Below, piece after piece: positions 38,351 to 55,765 of a stretch of DNA of 64,000 nt. The stretch is from Balanoglossus misakiensis (taxonomy: Eukaryota > Animalia > Hemichordata): NCBI GenBank assembly GCA_040954595.2, contig CM082581.2, forward strand, positions 12,336,286 through 12,400,285. The letters are read 5' to 3'. The translations under genes and the position numbers were made by a program. The notes under the pieces are model-generated. The model worked only from the letters and a program-made list of their open reading frames with translations. It was not told the DNA's origin and made no database searches. How positions within the stretch are numbered: the stretch's first letter is position 1; each line of letters begins with the position of its first letter.

Positions 38351-41300
38351 CTACACTTGGCCTAACTTGCCCTTCTCATTGTCACCCGGTAATATAGTAA
38401 AAACAAATCGCAATTTCTCAATCATTTTTTGAGATAGGCGATCGGAGATAAGATGCTAGTTGAACGAGTGACCGGTCACCCTCAAAATATACGAGATAAG
38501 TGGCGGACATGTTTGGTGGCCACCCACTGTTAAGCCATCACCTAACCCGGCGACCCGCTCAATGACTAAAGCACCCACGGGTCATCAGGCGCCAAATCAC
38601 ACCAAGTCTGGCAATAATGGAGCTTCTCTTGGACCATATACTGAATTTGTTTCCAGCGCCGCGGGAGGACTCCTCTCTCTTTGCTTGGTTGATCAACGCA
38701 TTACCAACAAACAAAGCCTATTGGATCCAACAAACTTTTTATGATTCTTCTTTTCAAGTGCCAAAAAAGATCGCGACAAAAGAAAAATGCATCACCGAAA
38801 AAAGCATTGACGCGATTGACGTAACAAACTAAAATATAATATATGATATATAGAAATATCATGTCGTGAAAATGTGTCTACTTTCCTTGGGACTAGCTTT
38901 GATAGCAAGCGGTAGACCGACGTCTCTTGACTCCGAGAGCACCCGCCGCGGCGCTAACCATGTTAACGCAGGGACGGGGCGCGATTAATATTTCACGAAC
39001 GGGGATTACACCAAACATATTGTGTTCATATTCGATCATTTATGTCGACATTATCGCGGATCGGCTCAGCGGGTCTGATTTTAGTTTTACGAAGATTAAT
39101 GATGTAGTCGAGAATCGTAGGAAATTGAAATAAGCCCGTATCTTACATCGCGATTATTAAGATTTTAGGGTCAAACACGTATACATTAGAGACAATGTCG
39201 TTTATAAGCAGGAAGGTCTCTATAATACCATTGCTTTGTTTTGCTTACAGTAGAGTTTTCCGGGGAAAAATAATTGGTCTGGACATTATCCTCGGATCCC
39301 CCTCGCCTACAGTAAACCTGAATGAACACGTCCCAATTTCACTGTGTTTCTTTTTTTTTCGAGAGTTCTCAAACTGAAAACGAACTTTCGTTGATAGAAA
39401 AGAGTGATTTTCCAAGTTGATATTCTCCCGAAATGTGCAATTGCTTGTAGGGGATATGAAGCCTGTAACCACACGGAAAAAACTACTGTTCATTTGTATG
39501 AGCAATCTCTTTATGTGGCAGTTCAAAAAGCACCGACTTGTTCCTATTACATAATTTTGATTCTTTCCTTTTGTAAGATAAGATTTTAAACTTAAAGCGT
39601 TTGAAACTAAACCGCAAAATCTGTATTTATTTTTTTACTAATAGCTTCACATTTAAAAAATGATACATGTATAAAATTCTTAATCATTTCCGTTGCTACA
39701 TTTATCGTGGTACAATGTATTGCTTTAGTACAGTGGCTGTCGCTCTCAATATAGACTTGCTTCAGTTATTTAAAAAGAAACGTGTAAAGGTGCGAGTATA
39801 TATTACATGTACAAATAACGCGACAGGGAGATAAGATACCGGCAGGAAATCTCGACTAATTTGCCAGCTTTTAAATCAATTAATTAAATGATATTTAATT
39901 AGACTCAAAATGTCCGTATGATGGAAAGGGTGAGATATAGCGGTCCGGAATCGATTGCACGAAGCCATGGATATAGCTTTTAAGATTACAAATGAGGCGC
40001 CCTTATCCCGTTAATAACGCACAGACGCTGGGTTCTAAACGTTTGCGATTTCACCCTCTTCGGGGTTTGGCGAGCTGTCAAAATAGCAACGCAAATTTGG
40101 TGAAAATTCTGACGATAAAAATTTACTACCGTTGCCGATTGGGAGAAAAGGGGGGAATTTCGCCCGTAAAATATCAATTTGATGCTAACAGGACGGGTGC
40201 AGTTTTTGCTAAGAATTAATCGTGAAGCGCGATTTTTTTTATTGTGTGTCACTTTCTGAGTCTTATAAGGCAGTCGGGTAAATGTAATCAAACGGAGACA
40301 GTTTCCAAACATCTAAGTTTAATGACTTTTTAGCGAAATGAGGCGATTTCGGCACGGGCTTGCAAATTGCAGCTGCAATTTGAGCTGTCAACTGACACCA
40401 TGAATGATGTGAAGTTGTCACCGATCGTTGCAGATGTAATATCCCCCCACTTTCAATGTGAAGTTGGTGGTTTTTGTATTGGATTGATCAAGACCCGAGA
40501 AGCTAATTTCGACGTCGGGAATTAACATGCACGGGCGCCGGGCCACGCAGCATCATTCCTGCCCAGTAATTCCATCGCCCGCGCACGCCCGAGCTATCCA
40601 TCGAGCACGCACTCGGACCGCCTGCACCGATCTCTTTCAATCGAAAGTGTCAACAGTGTATATACGTTGAAGTGTTTGGAGTATGCGAATTCGTTAAAGC
40701 ATTAAGTGTGGGGAGTGTCCTTAGGTATCGTTTTCTGTGGCTGTTAAATGCATCAACGAAATTTAACACATAAACACGACCATCCATAAACATCTAACTG
40801 ATCTTGACTCAATGTTGTGAAATGTCATGTTAGCCCCCGAGCCAGTACGCTTAAATACTCGTAATATTTGAATTGACTGCATTTTGCACAGAACCTTTCA
40901 GTTTGAGCAATTTTACAGGAGCTTACTGACTATTTAACTTTGCCTATAAAATATTCAACTTTTTATTTTTTTTCTTGTCGGAGTAGCGATTCATCGTCAC
41001 TCATCGATGTATGTGAAAGTGCTCGAAACGACAACGTCATTTCTTGTCAAATGTTAATTTGTCGGATCGAAAAATTCCCCAAGCTGCTATAAATTGCCGG
41101 AGACCCGTCGATTTTGTGATTGATTAGAATAGTAGAGATGTTTTGTGTCGTCAAGGAGAGGTCGCCACAACGGTGGAGATGCCCCCTTCCTGACCGGAGA
41201 GCGATGTATCATAGCCGGTATGCACAGAGAGATAGACGTACAGAGCCTCACTTCACAACACAGTCACAACACCACGTGGCAAGTTGTTTCGGAAATTGAA

Positions 41301-41619
41301 TGAAAAATGTTGAAGACCTCCCTCGGCTTGTGTGTTCCAGTCTAGGCCTGTCCGCGTCAGGAAATAACAGTATCTATACATAACCACGACGACAAAATGC
41401 CACAATCACGTGAGATTGTTTTTAGTCCAGGAAATAACTTGCAGGTGTGCTAATTGTGTTTATTTAAAAAATGAAATCCGCTTGAAATATAAACCCAGAG
41501 TTTTGTTTGTCCGACGCACTTTGCGTGGAAACGAGATAAATGTGGGCAGAAGTATTTTCGTGTACATTTAACATCACTTTAATTATTGGAATATGAACGA
41601 TCAAATATCATATTCGTAC

Positions 41620-41674
41620 ATTGATTGATTGATTGATTGCTTGGTTGGTTGATTGATTGATTGATTGATTGATT
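41620..41674. repeat. (ATTG)n microsatellite, interrupted
   Basis: Directly visible tetranucleotide run. Confidence 0.9.
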
Positions 41675-44404
41675 ATATTGGTAAGATGAGATAATGTTGC
41701 GAAATCCACGGCGTCTACAAATTCCACCATCCAAAATCCATGTCAGTTTACGCAGCAGTGGGCCCACTCAATTCCTATAGTCCCATCATTCACGGTACTT
41801 TAGACAGATATGCAGTGGTATTCAACCATAAAATTCTGTTTGTTGAATATGATTCATTTGATGTTCATAGATTTAGCCGGGTAGCTGCATGACTATGTCA
41901 ATAATTCTCTGCATGAAATACCTTTGTGCAAAGAAGAAAAGTGAGCAGGATCGGTAACCAAGGACTTGGATGTTTCACATAGAAATCATTACGGAGCTTT
42001 TTTACCATAAATCGTCGACAGACCCTCGCGCCGTGCCACCCAATCAACGCTTGAAAAATGACAAGATTGAAAAATTTGGACACCATAAAATAAATACGTC
42101 TGGCTTACTCCTCCAAATTGGATCCTAATATCAATGATTAGTTTCTCTGGTCGACTGGGATTGCCATGGCGACTGAGATTGCACTGTTTTCTCGCAGCGC
42201 TGCGTTTGTTTCCTCCGCTGTTGCGCACTAGTGTTTGATAAACTCCTGTACCTCGAAAAGGTGTGAAGTTGAGGTTATCGCGATGTTGAATTTTATCATC
42301 AAGCCAGTGCGTTGGATGAAGAACGGCAAAGTGAGAGTGGCCACTAGAACCCCCCCCCCCCCCAGTATGATGTGATGGGCGCAAAGTTTTGAACGTTTGA
42401 CTTGCGACTTTGAAACTCGGAGTCCCCTGTTTCAAATAATCATGGTTCTGTCGCTGTTAGTCAAACCTGAGAACGAACAGTACATCCCCTTGCCAGACTG
42501 CCGTGAATATGGCAGTCCAAAGGAATGCACAACAGCGCCATCCGCGGTATCATGGCGTCAACCATACATACGTGACCATATCCACACATGGCGACCAAGT
42601 GTTAGGGCACTGGGTAATAGCGTGAAAGACAATAAACAATTCGCGCGGAAATACAGTTAAGGTGACACTAACAACCGTATTTATGACGTACTTATCCCGT
42701 ATGAATTCACAAACTGGAATTCGATCGCTTCTGTGTAAGGCATGCAATTAATAATAGCTTAATCTCACTTAATCCGCATTTTCCAACGATTAGGCCTTCT
42801 GAACAGTTCTTGTGTTTGTTTATGGTTCGGGGATTATTTTGGGCTTTCGGTGATTGTTAACAAAGACAGGATTTGTCTGCATTTGTTTTTTTTTTGTTGT
42901 TGTCTGTTTGTAGGCACTGCGACCATGCCTAGAGATCCATGTTTCAAGTAGAGTGATCGATAGATTTTTATTACCCGAGAGAAGATGCTTGAGGGGTTGT
43001 TTGGTGGCAACGCCAGAACATCACCAACCCGATTATGCAAGAAAGCTGAAATACCTCGCTAGATTAGGACGTAAATCACGAATTTTGAAATCGTTTGGGC
43101 TAAGCGAAGATTAGAGGACGGGATGTATCGTCGTGAGAGAAAACGGCTCCATCGTAAATCACCGCAAAATTTACGCAATACGACTATGCATAGAATGCTA
43201 CGTCCAAATTCCTGAGTGGATGCCGAGAAAACTGGAAAAAAAGCTATGACCATTCGACGCGTGATTTATGGATTATATGCGGTTTTCAAAATGTATTTCG
43301 GCGTTCAACTATATTGAGTAATATTAGATAGGAAGGGGAGATATCATGCCTAAATTAATAATAATATTTTCAAATTGAATGGCAATTGAACAGCAAAGCA
43401 CAAGGTTAGCCAAGCTCTCATTTCTCAGCTAATGGTATCCGAGTTTGATTGCACTAAAGTACACGTACAGGTTCAGCGAATATTTTGTCAGAATCGTTCA
43501 GCTTTTCAGCTATGATCATTTCGGCTTAGTACGCGCGGTGTTGGTGACAAACGAAAATGTTGACTGATAAGTCTCTTGCGATGATCCGACACATATCTTT
43601 TGTGTTTTTACATGTAAACGCCGGAGTTAAAATGCGGAAGGACAAGAATAACACGCAAAAGCTGTCGATAATTGGCCGGCATATGACAACATATGGGGCC
43701 AATTCAGACGCACTTTAACCGGGAAACGAAAGCCAAAAGACGACCCATAACTCTTCCCGCCAAATGCACCGATCACATCACCATATAGCTAGACAAACAA
43801 CGATAGTATATCCCCAAGCATAATGGAGGTCGTCGACAGGCTAATGGCGTTTTCGATTACAAGATAATCTCTGAACGGTAATTTTAATTTGACCCGATAT
43901 ATAATTATTTTAAAATATACTTGTTTAACTAAAAGCGACGAGGATGTTATTATGCGTACGCAATTTTGCCCCAGCCCGTTCGCCAACTGTTTATTGCCAA
44001 TACATGATCATGTTGTAACACGAATTCCGATTTCGGTGCATTTGGGCACTATTGTCAAACTGGAAACTGAAACAGGACTCTTTTAGTCGTCATTGTGTTC
44101 TCTATAAAATTCACTCGACAAAAACTGAAAGAAACTGTTGAAATGTGCGCATTATTGTGGTAGTCGTCTGTAATATTATACACAGGTTTCAAATCACCGA
44201 GCCTGAACAGGGAGTTTTTATGTTGACATCCAAATTTGGAGTGATGTTTTGAGCGGCCATATCCTCCATGAGCCGTCGACCATTGCACCGTGGTATTAAG
44301 TAGAACAAATCGGGAGACAAAATTACAGTTTAGTGATCAACTATTACAACGTTTGCTCAAGACTGTCAGACTAAATGAAAATTTATATCCATTTAGGCAA
44401 CAAC

Positions 44405-44432
44405 CGAATTAATTTTGATCAAAATTAATTCG
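44405..44432. repeat. Perfect 28-bp palindrome with two AATTAATT cores
   Basis: CGAATTAATTTTGATCAAAATTAATTCG is its own reverse complement. Confidence 0.9.
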
Positions 44433-47400
44433 ATAATCATTAAAAGCAAATTGTGTGTGATTGAAGCAATATCGTTTTCATCATCTGCTCCCGATCAAAC
44501 GAGATTCTAACAGGCAGTGTATAACATTTTACTGGGAAACCTTGTGGGTATGTTATTTTATCGCACTTCTTTTACAGCTCGCTGTCGTAATTTGTATGCT
44601 GTGGCTATTTGTTCCTTATATGTTGCTACTTCGGGTGCGAAGGGGTTAAAACATTCCGCGTGCCCCGGCAGGATGCTGCACCGTGGAGTCGCGGTGTGTG
44701 CCGCATCGATCCCGTTGCCCGGGAAACCGTCATGGCGATCTGAAAGTCATCGCCTGCCCATGTATGTCAGTTTGACTGTTGGACGGCCGATAATTCATCG
44801 GGCACGTTTTCCTTTAACAAAATACTGACGACTAAAGCCGAAAATTGATGCCTAAGTTGACACAAGCTGATGCGGACTTGGACTCCGGGAAGCCAAATGC
44901 GCGAATTAATCGAAGGAGCCATGATTAGGAGGATAAATCATGAACATTTTGATTTAGTTTCTGTCAAATCTGTAAAAGAATGGGGAAATTGTTTAATGTC
45001 TGGCGCTTTATTGTCCGTGATCTCATCTGTTAAATTTAAGAACGAATTGAAAAATCTTTTCGAAAGATAATATTTTAGAGAACACTTAGTTGTCCTAAAG
45101 CAAAAGTTTCTCCGTCGCCATCAAAGAAAATCGCTTGTTTTTAATCAAGTTACCTGGGATTTTCCGTCAAAACCGTCAAAAATTGATGATGTGTAGGCCT
45201 ATAGAAGCAAGTCGGTAAAACAATCGTAAGAATGTTGTGAGCAATTCTACAGCCAATGGCAGTTGTTGACATGTATAGCCTACATCATGCGTCAGAATCA
45301 AATTAATGTAACCGAATACGGATATCAAACAATTTAGCTTCTGCAGTCCACTTTAACCATCATTCCTTCACTATACAATCTATATCTGCTGTTCAGATTG
45401 TCAACATATGCATATTTACAGGTCAACATTCAAAGCACGCCTTAGTCCAAAGCGCCAGCCCCGATCACTGATATTATTTCCTGAAAAAAAAATCAGTCTA
45501 CCATCAGCTGAAACTCCCCTAGGCTTACGGAAGACGACAAAAAGCATGTTTCTCTATTTCTTCTCTATCGAAGTCACGTTCTCTTGTACAAGGGCGCTGA
45601 TTACATCTAGGCTTGGATACGTATAACGCTGTAGGACTCGCATCTCGCCATCTGACATTAGCTGTGTTTTCTTACCTATAACACCTGCTAGCCGGGTCGT
45701 TCTTGCAACGCACCGACTCTCGCCAAGCTCGCATACGCGTATCTGCACACGCACGCAGTCACACGCCGCAACGACTGCGTTTCGTTCGCGATGCTGGAAA
45801 CATATTTTTAATTTGACGATTAGAAGTTAGAAGTTGCGGGGAAATGGGGCTCTCGCATCCGCCATATTGGCCTCTCGTTGAATTGCTTAAACATCGTTAT
45901 CAAATATGGGGCCGTTAGTAGATATTGAAGGCATTACACTGGAGATCCAAGCCATTCCAGATAAATAAATCCTCAATTACGATGACAATACCGGCCATCC
46001 CCAACGGACTAATTTATGTCTGATAAGGCGATCAGTGCCTTTAACTCCATTAATGTGTTTAGATTAGTCACTACAACTAGGTTTTAAAGGTTTTTGATGT
46101 TTGGTAATGTCATGAAATAGAGGTTAAACCAAATCATTTGAAGAGTCGATTTCCAGACATTTTAACAAGTGAAAAGAGGTGATCGCATGGAAACAAAACA
46201 CGTCATTTGACAAGATGGCAAGCGTACTTAAAAAAAACTCGTGTATTCACCAAAGCCCATCACAATCTCACGCGTCAGTGGAGCTAATTTAACCGAGGGA
46301 AACGCCGTATTTATCATGTAGGCCGATTAAACTGTTATTCTAAGTCTTTCTGCTGCGGGCACTCGACGTTTTCATTCCGTTCACAAATAACAGGAGGGTA
46401 ATTTATGAAAACATCGGATAAGCCCATCGCATGAAAATGCCGTTCAGAGCAACAGAAAGTGGTAATCTCGAACGACGACTACGAAATAAACTGTCTATTC
46501 GGGCAAATGTTTCTGCTTCGGATAGTTACAGCTTGCAGTAAGATGAATGCCCACGCGAGAATTTGTGCACAGACAACCTACAGATGTACAAAAGAGATGT
46601 GCGACTCGACATTGACGGAAAATTCATCGATTGTCATTGAGAGAGATATCACGAAGATTTTAGCTATATTGATGTTTTGTGTAACACAATTTCTGACCTA
46701 GTCGAACCAGGAAGAAATCTGTCATTTCGTCGTTCGAATTCGCCGGAAGATAGCGACGTAGAGATTATTTTCCAACGACGGGATGCGCCGATTTAGTTGC
46801 CCTGGTTCACTCGGACGTTTTCTCTTATTCTTCACGTTCGTTCCGAATATCCAGTCGCCAATCTGAAACGGTCCCCCTTATATTCGATATCTCTCACCTT
46901 TGAGGGGATGCAGTGGACTTGTCGGCTATTGATTATAGGCTTGTTAATATGCGCGCATGCACTTACCCAATTCCAACGCCAAATATCCCCCAAGCAACCA
47001 TGGACAACGTTAAACCGTGTTCATGGTCCGTGTAATTGTCTCACATTTGCCACTTTAATTTGGGTCACGTTGATATAAGGCATTTTATTTTTCGTCTCCA
47101 ATGAGAAATGGACCTGAGACTCACACAAGTTGAAAAACGTTTACTTATCATTAATGATGTGATTAAACTCAACAAAGCATTAATAAAGCTCAACACATTT
47201 TAAGCAAGTGCTGACCTGTATCGGTGTCGCATAGGGCCTAAATGCGGGTATTTGTAGGCTTTTCCTTCATGATGAGAATTTATCAGATGACGTTCCCAAT
47301 GTATAATGTGCACAACATATGACTAAACGCGAAAATGTTGAAAATCTGAAAAGTTTTTTTTTGAGTAGATATAAATGTTTCGAGAACTTCACAGAGCGGT

Positions 47401-50400
47401 GGTTCCCTTGGGAGAGATTTATGGCGCCCTCACAAGGCGAATCTCTTCAAAGTTAGACGCTAACACCATGACAACCTATATTTTGGCAGTGTACTTCATG
47501 TCGGGCCTGTAACATGTACGTTCCACGAAAATTAAGTTGATTTAACACTGTTCAACATTGACCGATCCTATTAATATTTCTAATTTTACCGATCTATGAA
47601 TAAAAATCAGAAAAGATGTCAGGTTAACATGTAAAGGTTAAGTTGGAGTAAACTGAACTTTACCCAGATGGTCACTTTCTTTGATATGTAAATGATAGTC
47701 TCATTATGCATGTATGCGTTATGTAAGCCTTGTGGGTTTTTTCCGCTCTTGTGGGTGTTCAACTCAGTTCAGACTTGGTCAGTGATGTTCATCCACTACA
47801 TGTGTTGGTGTCAAATAAAGTAAGTGACTGTATAGAAAACAAGCTATCGCTTCCTCTCGTTATATTGCACCGGACGCAATGAACTACCGCACCTCAACAG
47901 GTTATGGGCCCAGGCCACGGATGCTATTTGATGGTGAAGAGTCGGTCATATCTCCCCATTTATATTCAACTATTATGGATGTTTAATCTCAAGATCTCAA
48001 GGGGATTTGAAACCATCTTATAAGTTTCTTAAATGGCATATAAGTAACATTATTATTATCACTAAGTCATCGAGGACAATGTAAGGTCTACATACTCTCT
48101 TGTTCTGATCGCTTTAACAGTAAATATCAGCTTAGCTTATTCGATCCTATAGATAGGGGCCACCTATAGTTCCCCGTTAGCAACACAGAAATAATTGAAG
48201 TTGCATGGAATAAATATTTGAGTCCAATCTTCTACCTTATTTTTTAATGATCGAAATCATGGATTTTTATAGTATTATATTGGAAACTGGTGTTAAAGAA
48301 CCAGCTTGTATCAATGGCTTGGTGTCTCATAAATTTCAGTCATAAATGTAGAATTTTCTGGTATTCGGGAACATCTGATTTTCCAAGGGTTGTAGGATTT
48401 CTGGTTCTGAAATTTCAGTAGAGTACAAAACCATCACGGATTAAAGTACATTGCACGCATAATGGTGATCAAGAAAGATGCGATACTACCAAAGCTACCG
48501 GTGGGATATGAAGTCCCTTGCCTATTTGCCTTACATGACGCTGATGTAATCGACATTATCCATCATTGTTTTTACGACGACGATACGTTTGACCTGGTTA
48601 TCTTTTTTTCTCTCGCTGGAAATAGACATAACATTACGGATCAACGATATGTACATTTCATCCGCAATCATTTTGTGACCTGTGTACATTTCGTTCAAGC
48701 TTCTTGTACATTTCGATGGCGGATTTAATCAAGCGCTCATTTTCTTCAAGTTAATCTCCTGGGAATTCGTAGCTGGAAAAACAACGGTTTACCCATTTCC
48801 AGACATAAAACACCATTTAGTTCTTATTTTCACCTTACAGAATGTACGTTAGGAAATACCCTTATGAATTGTACTTCAAAAAGTAAATAATCTGAAGAAC
48901 TATTTTGACGAAAAATTGAGGAATTAGAATTCGTATGTGGTAAACATTCTGTGACTATTAATCTCGTCATCCCCACCTTCTCTCGTCGAGAATATAACAA
49001 TCTTGATTTGTGCGCACGGTTGAGTTTCCGAAAGCATATTATATACGGGGGTATAAGTAGAGTTAGGGTCATTTTAAAATTGCGTAGTTAAGCGTTTGTA
49101 AAATGCCTCATTCCTTTCATAATTGTATATGTCACTATAGTCAAATTCTTCAATTTTACCCCGGAGGTTAGAAAACCGCGCTCTTTTAGATGGGACGAAA
49201 TTGTATGACATGTATGGCAATGCCAATAATGATTTGAAATTGCCTATTACTTGTAAACGATTGTGCTTTATGCTTTTGCGTTTTCGAAAATGATCCATAT
49301 GTCGTTGTCATTTCGATTCGTTTACACAGAGCCCGGGGCGCCTTCGTTGAATGGTTAGTCGAACAGAAAACAACACGTCTATGTAAAATCCCAGTAAACA
49401 ATATCCCGAAATTTAGTGTACTAGTGGTTCCTTGTGGGAAACGAAATTCTTGGCTGTTAAGAAAACTTTAAGGGAAGTAATGTGCAATTTACTATCCTGT
49501 AAAATGTGAGAAAGTTTGATCGGAAGGATAAATTCTTTCCCTGTCGAGAGTTTGATAGATTGAATCAGATCACAGCGCCACACATGCATCGTATTCTTTA
49601 TCTTCCAGCACAAAAAGAATGTGTTGATTCCATCGAGTGCTTTGATTGTTGTTAAATTTCGAAACCATCCACAGGTCAACCGACTCAAGTGTGATAGCCT
49701 GCCCTCTGTTATCACGTCAAAGCGGAATCGATGGCATAAACACTAATATAAGGGTCTTATTTCGCTATACATAGCCGTTAAATCGCATCGAGTGTGTATT
49801 ATTCTTGTTAAGAAGACTTGGGAATATGGCTGTAAATTTTCCCGCCAGAGGGATGCTCACAAACACACGGTACAGATACAGCACACCGATTAAGCTGGCA
49901 GATAAATCTATCGATAAAGAGGAACGCACGGAAGCCCAGCTGAGCCTGGTCCTTTTGGGGACTTTACTTAATACCGGCAATTACGATCAAACACCGGGAC
50001 ATTACCGGAAAAAATAATCATATTAAAACGGGATTTTCTCCAGTGGAGATATTTTAAGCGAGAATACTTTACCGCGGCGGCGTATAGGTGAGCTCGGATT
50101 TATATCTGACATTGGGAAAATCTTTATGGTTCTCATTCACTATAAAGCCACTATTAACATGCTTCGCTTGTGCACGGGAAGATCATTTAATATTTTGTCA
50201 CAATAGTTGCGCGACCCCGCTGACGTACATGGGCACGTTTAGCTTAGGGGTGTCTTTTTCCCTTTCTCAAAAGAGCAATGATTTATTCGACCTAATATTC
50301 TCAAGTAATAAAACCCCCTGACAGCTGATACCGTGTGCCGAATCCGCGGGCAAATCTATCGAAATAAATTTTGACAGATACCTATATTGTACACCTGTTT

Positions 50401-51386
50401 CAAGTGAGTCAATTATTTCTCCTAAGGAAAAAAAAAAGATTTATTTTTCAGTCTGAAGGGTTTCTCTTGGAGATCACAAAATTGCGTATTGTTTCTGTCG
50501 AAGAAGACAATTTTGGCAGGGATTATATTCTATTTAACTCTGCGCGATCCCGGGTCAGTGATGTTTAGCTCACATTAATTTTATTTACGTAGGCTGAAAT
50601 CCCCGCTTTCGACTTCCATCAAACATTATTACGCTCGGTTATTAGTTGCCCAGCCCTGGGGACCACTTTACAATTTACAAATAATATTTCTACTTCAACT
50701 CATTGCTCTCCGTAATATAATCTTACCCTAAACAAACATTATCCGGGCCGATCACTGTCTGCCTCCAAGTCTGTGGTGTCATTAGCATGTTTACACAGCT
50801 AAAGTAATTTCATATTTTCGCAAACCAGGTCTGAATTTAATCTGGCGATTTAATAGAAGCCACAGCTGACTTTCCCGCGTTATCTCCCCTTACAATCAGA
50901 CGTCCACTGTTGGCTATTAAATGCTTATAAAATGTTACGGCTTGAAAAATGCAGGCGGACGAATGGATTCCACATTATAGGAAATCTAGGCGGTGGTATA
51001 GTGTCACGTTAAATTTTGATTAAACCAATGGCATCCGATCTTATAATCTCTCAAATTCTCATTCCGAAATGAAATCTTTACCACAGCCTAACCAACGTCG
51101 AAATTGGTGATCATCTATTGAATCACTTGCGTGACACAAGGGACTATCAATCACCGTCAGCTTCCATCGTCGGACGCGCGCGCGTTTTTTTTTCTTCTTC
51201 TCCATTTGGCATGCACCATCACCATGAAGTGACGGGTGATTTCAAACTAACGACGGAGCATTTTAGCTCATTCGATTCTCGGATTCCAGAGGTCAGGGGT
51301 TAACGGGGGTTTCTGGGCAGGAAATCGCCGACCGTAAAGCTCGTCGCCGGAAAGCGCGCTCGCGAACCTAGGAGATAATCGTTCTC

Positions 51387-51407
51387 CCTCTCTCTCTCTC
51401 TCTCTCT
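51387..51407. repeat. (CT)n microsatellite
   Basis: Directly visible dinucleotide run about 0.9 kb upstream of SRSF10. Confidence 0.85.
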
Positions 51408-52291
51408 ATAGGAGAGAAAAAAATTGCACGTGTCATCGGTGCTTGAAAATGCTTAGTGATGGCTAGCTGATGAGACGATGACGAAATAATTAAACTCGGG
51501 GGCTATTTATATTTTACATTAATGAACAAAGTACGGTTTTTATTTAGACGAAGAGACGTGTGACTGGCGACATCGTTTGTCAAGTGACTCCCAACCTTGT
51601 ACGTGATGAACGGTGATAGGGAGTGACGCGTGACAATTTAGCTGGTGGCGTGATGTTCATTACTATTGCTAATTTCCATTTCTGAATGTCATGCCTTGGC
51701 TTATTGGGGGATAGCGGCGCGACAGGATCGGACGTACTCGCCATCAGAAATTGTTTCAATTAATTTAAAGGTGGTTTGGGGGCGCTGTTAATCATCTGGT
51801 ACATTTTTGTATCATCTCCCTATCTGCATCCGCTGTAGTTGCTCTGCAGGGGATTTGGGGAAATCGACTCAGGGGATTTGTCGCGCAAAAATGTAAAATT
51901 AGCTGTCAAACAGTGTAGATAAAGCAATGACACATGTAATATTATTCTCCCAACATGTTTTATATCATTTATCTAAATACGTTGTCAGATTTAGAAGTTC
52001 ACCCACAACATACTGGTAAAATATAGGGTAGTAAAGTTCACAAAACGAATTTTGATTGTTTATTTTTTATTGTTTAATCGCTCAGGGATATGTAAATAAT
52101 ATTAATGGGACAATGTAAACATCAGATAAGTTTGATTTCAAGTCTGTTGCACCGAAATAGTTATGTCAGAATCGGAATCTGAATACTAATCCAAAGACGA
52201 ATCCATGGGGCAATGTGAATCCGAAATGAGGAGCCGAGGCGAGCTTCAGGAGCATTGCGCGCAAGCACGTTCACTCGACAAAGGAGTTGAA

Positions 52292-55554
<3,263 letters not shown>

Positions 55555-55685
55555 ACATGCTGAAAAACGAAGCATCCCATCTCACCTTTAAACAAATCTT
55601 CCACAGATTTACGTTGCATTATTGAAAACACACATCACAGTTTTTCTTTTTAGAAGTTAATCACCAGATAGTGGACCAATATTGA

Positions 55686-55765
55686 TTAACCCTTTCAGGC
55701 CTTAAGTCCTACATGTAGTGGTAAATACGGTACGTTACTAGGGACTCAGGCCTGAGAAGGGTAAA
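55686..55765. mobile_element. Related MITE-like fold-back in the SRSF10 3' UTR
   Basis: TTAACCCTTTCAGGCCTTAAGTCC...GGACTCAGGCCTGAGAAGGGTAAA, an imperfect inverted repeat of ~24 bp. Confidence 0.5.

Noticed and set aside
31402-41188. Identical 14-mer GGAGATGCCCCCTT on both sides of Nkx6 as insulator/CTCF sites
   Set aside because: Several exact 14-mer pairs are expected by chance in 64 kb, and the match to the CTCF consensus is only partial.
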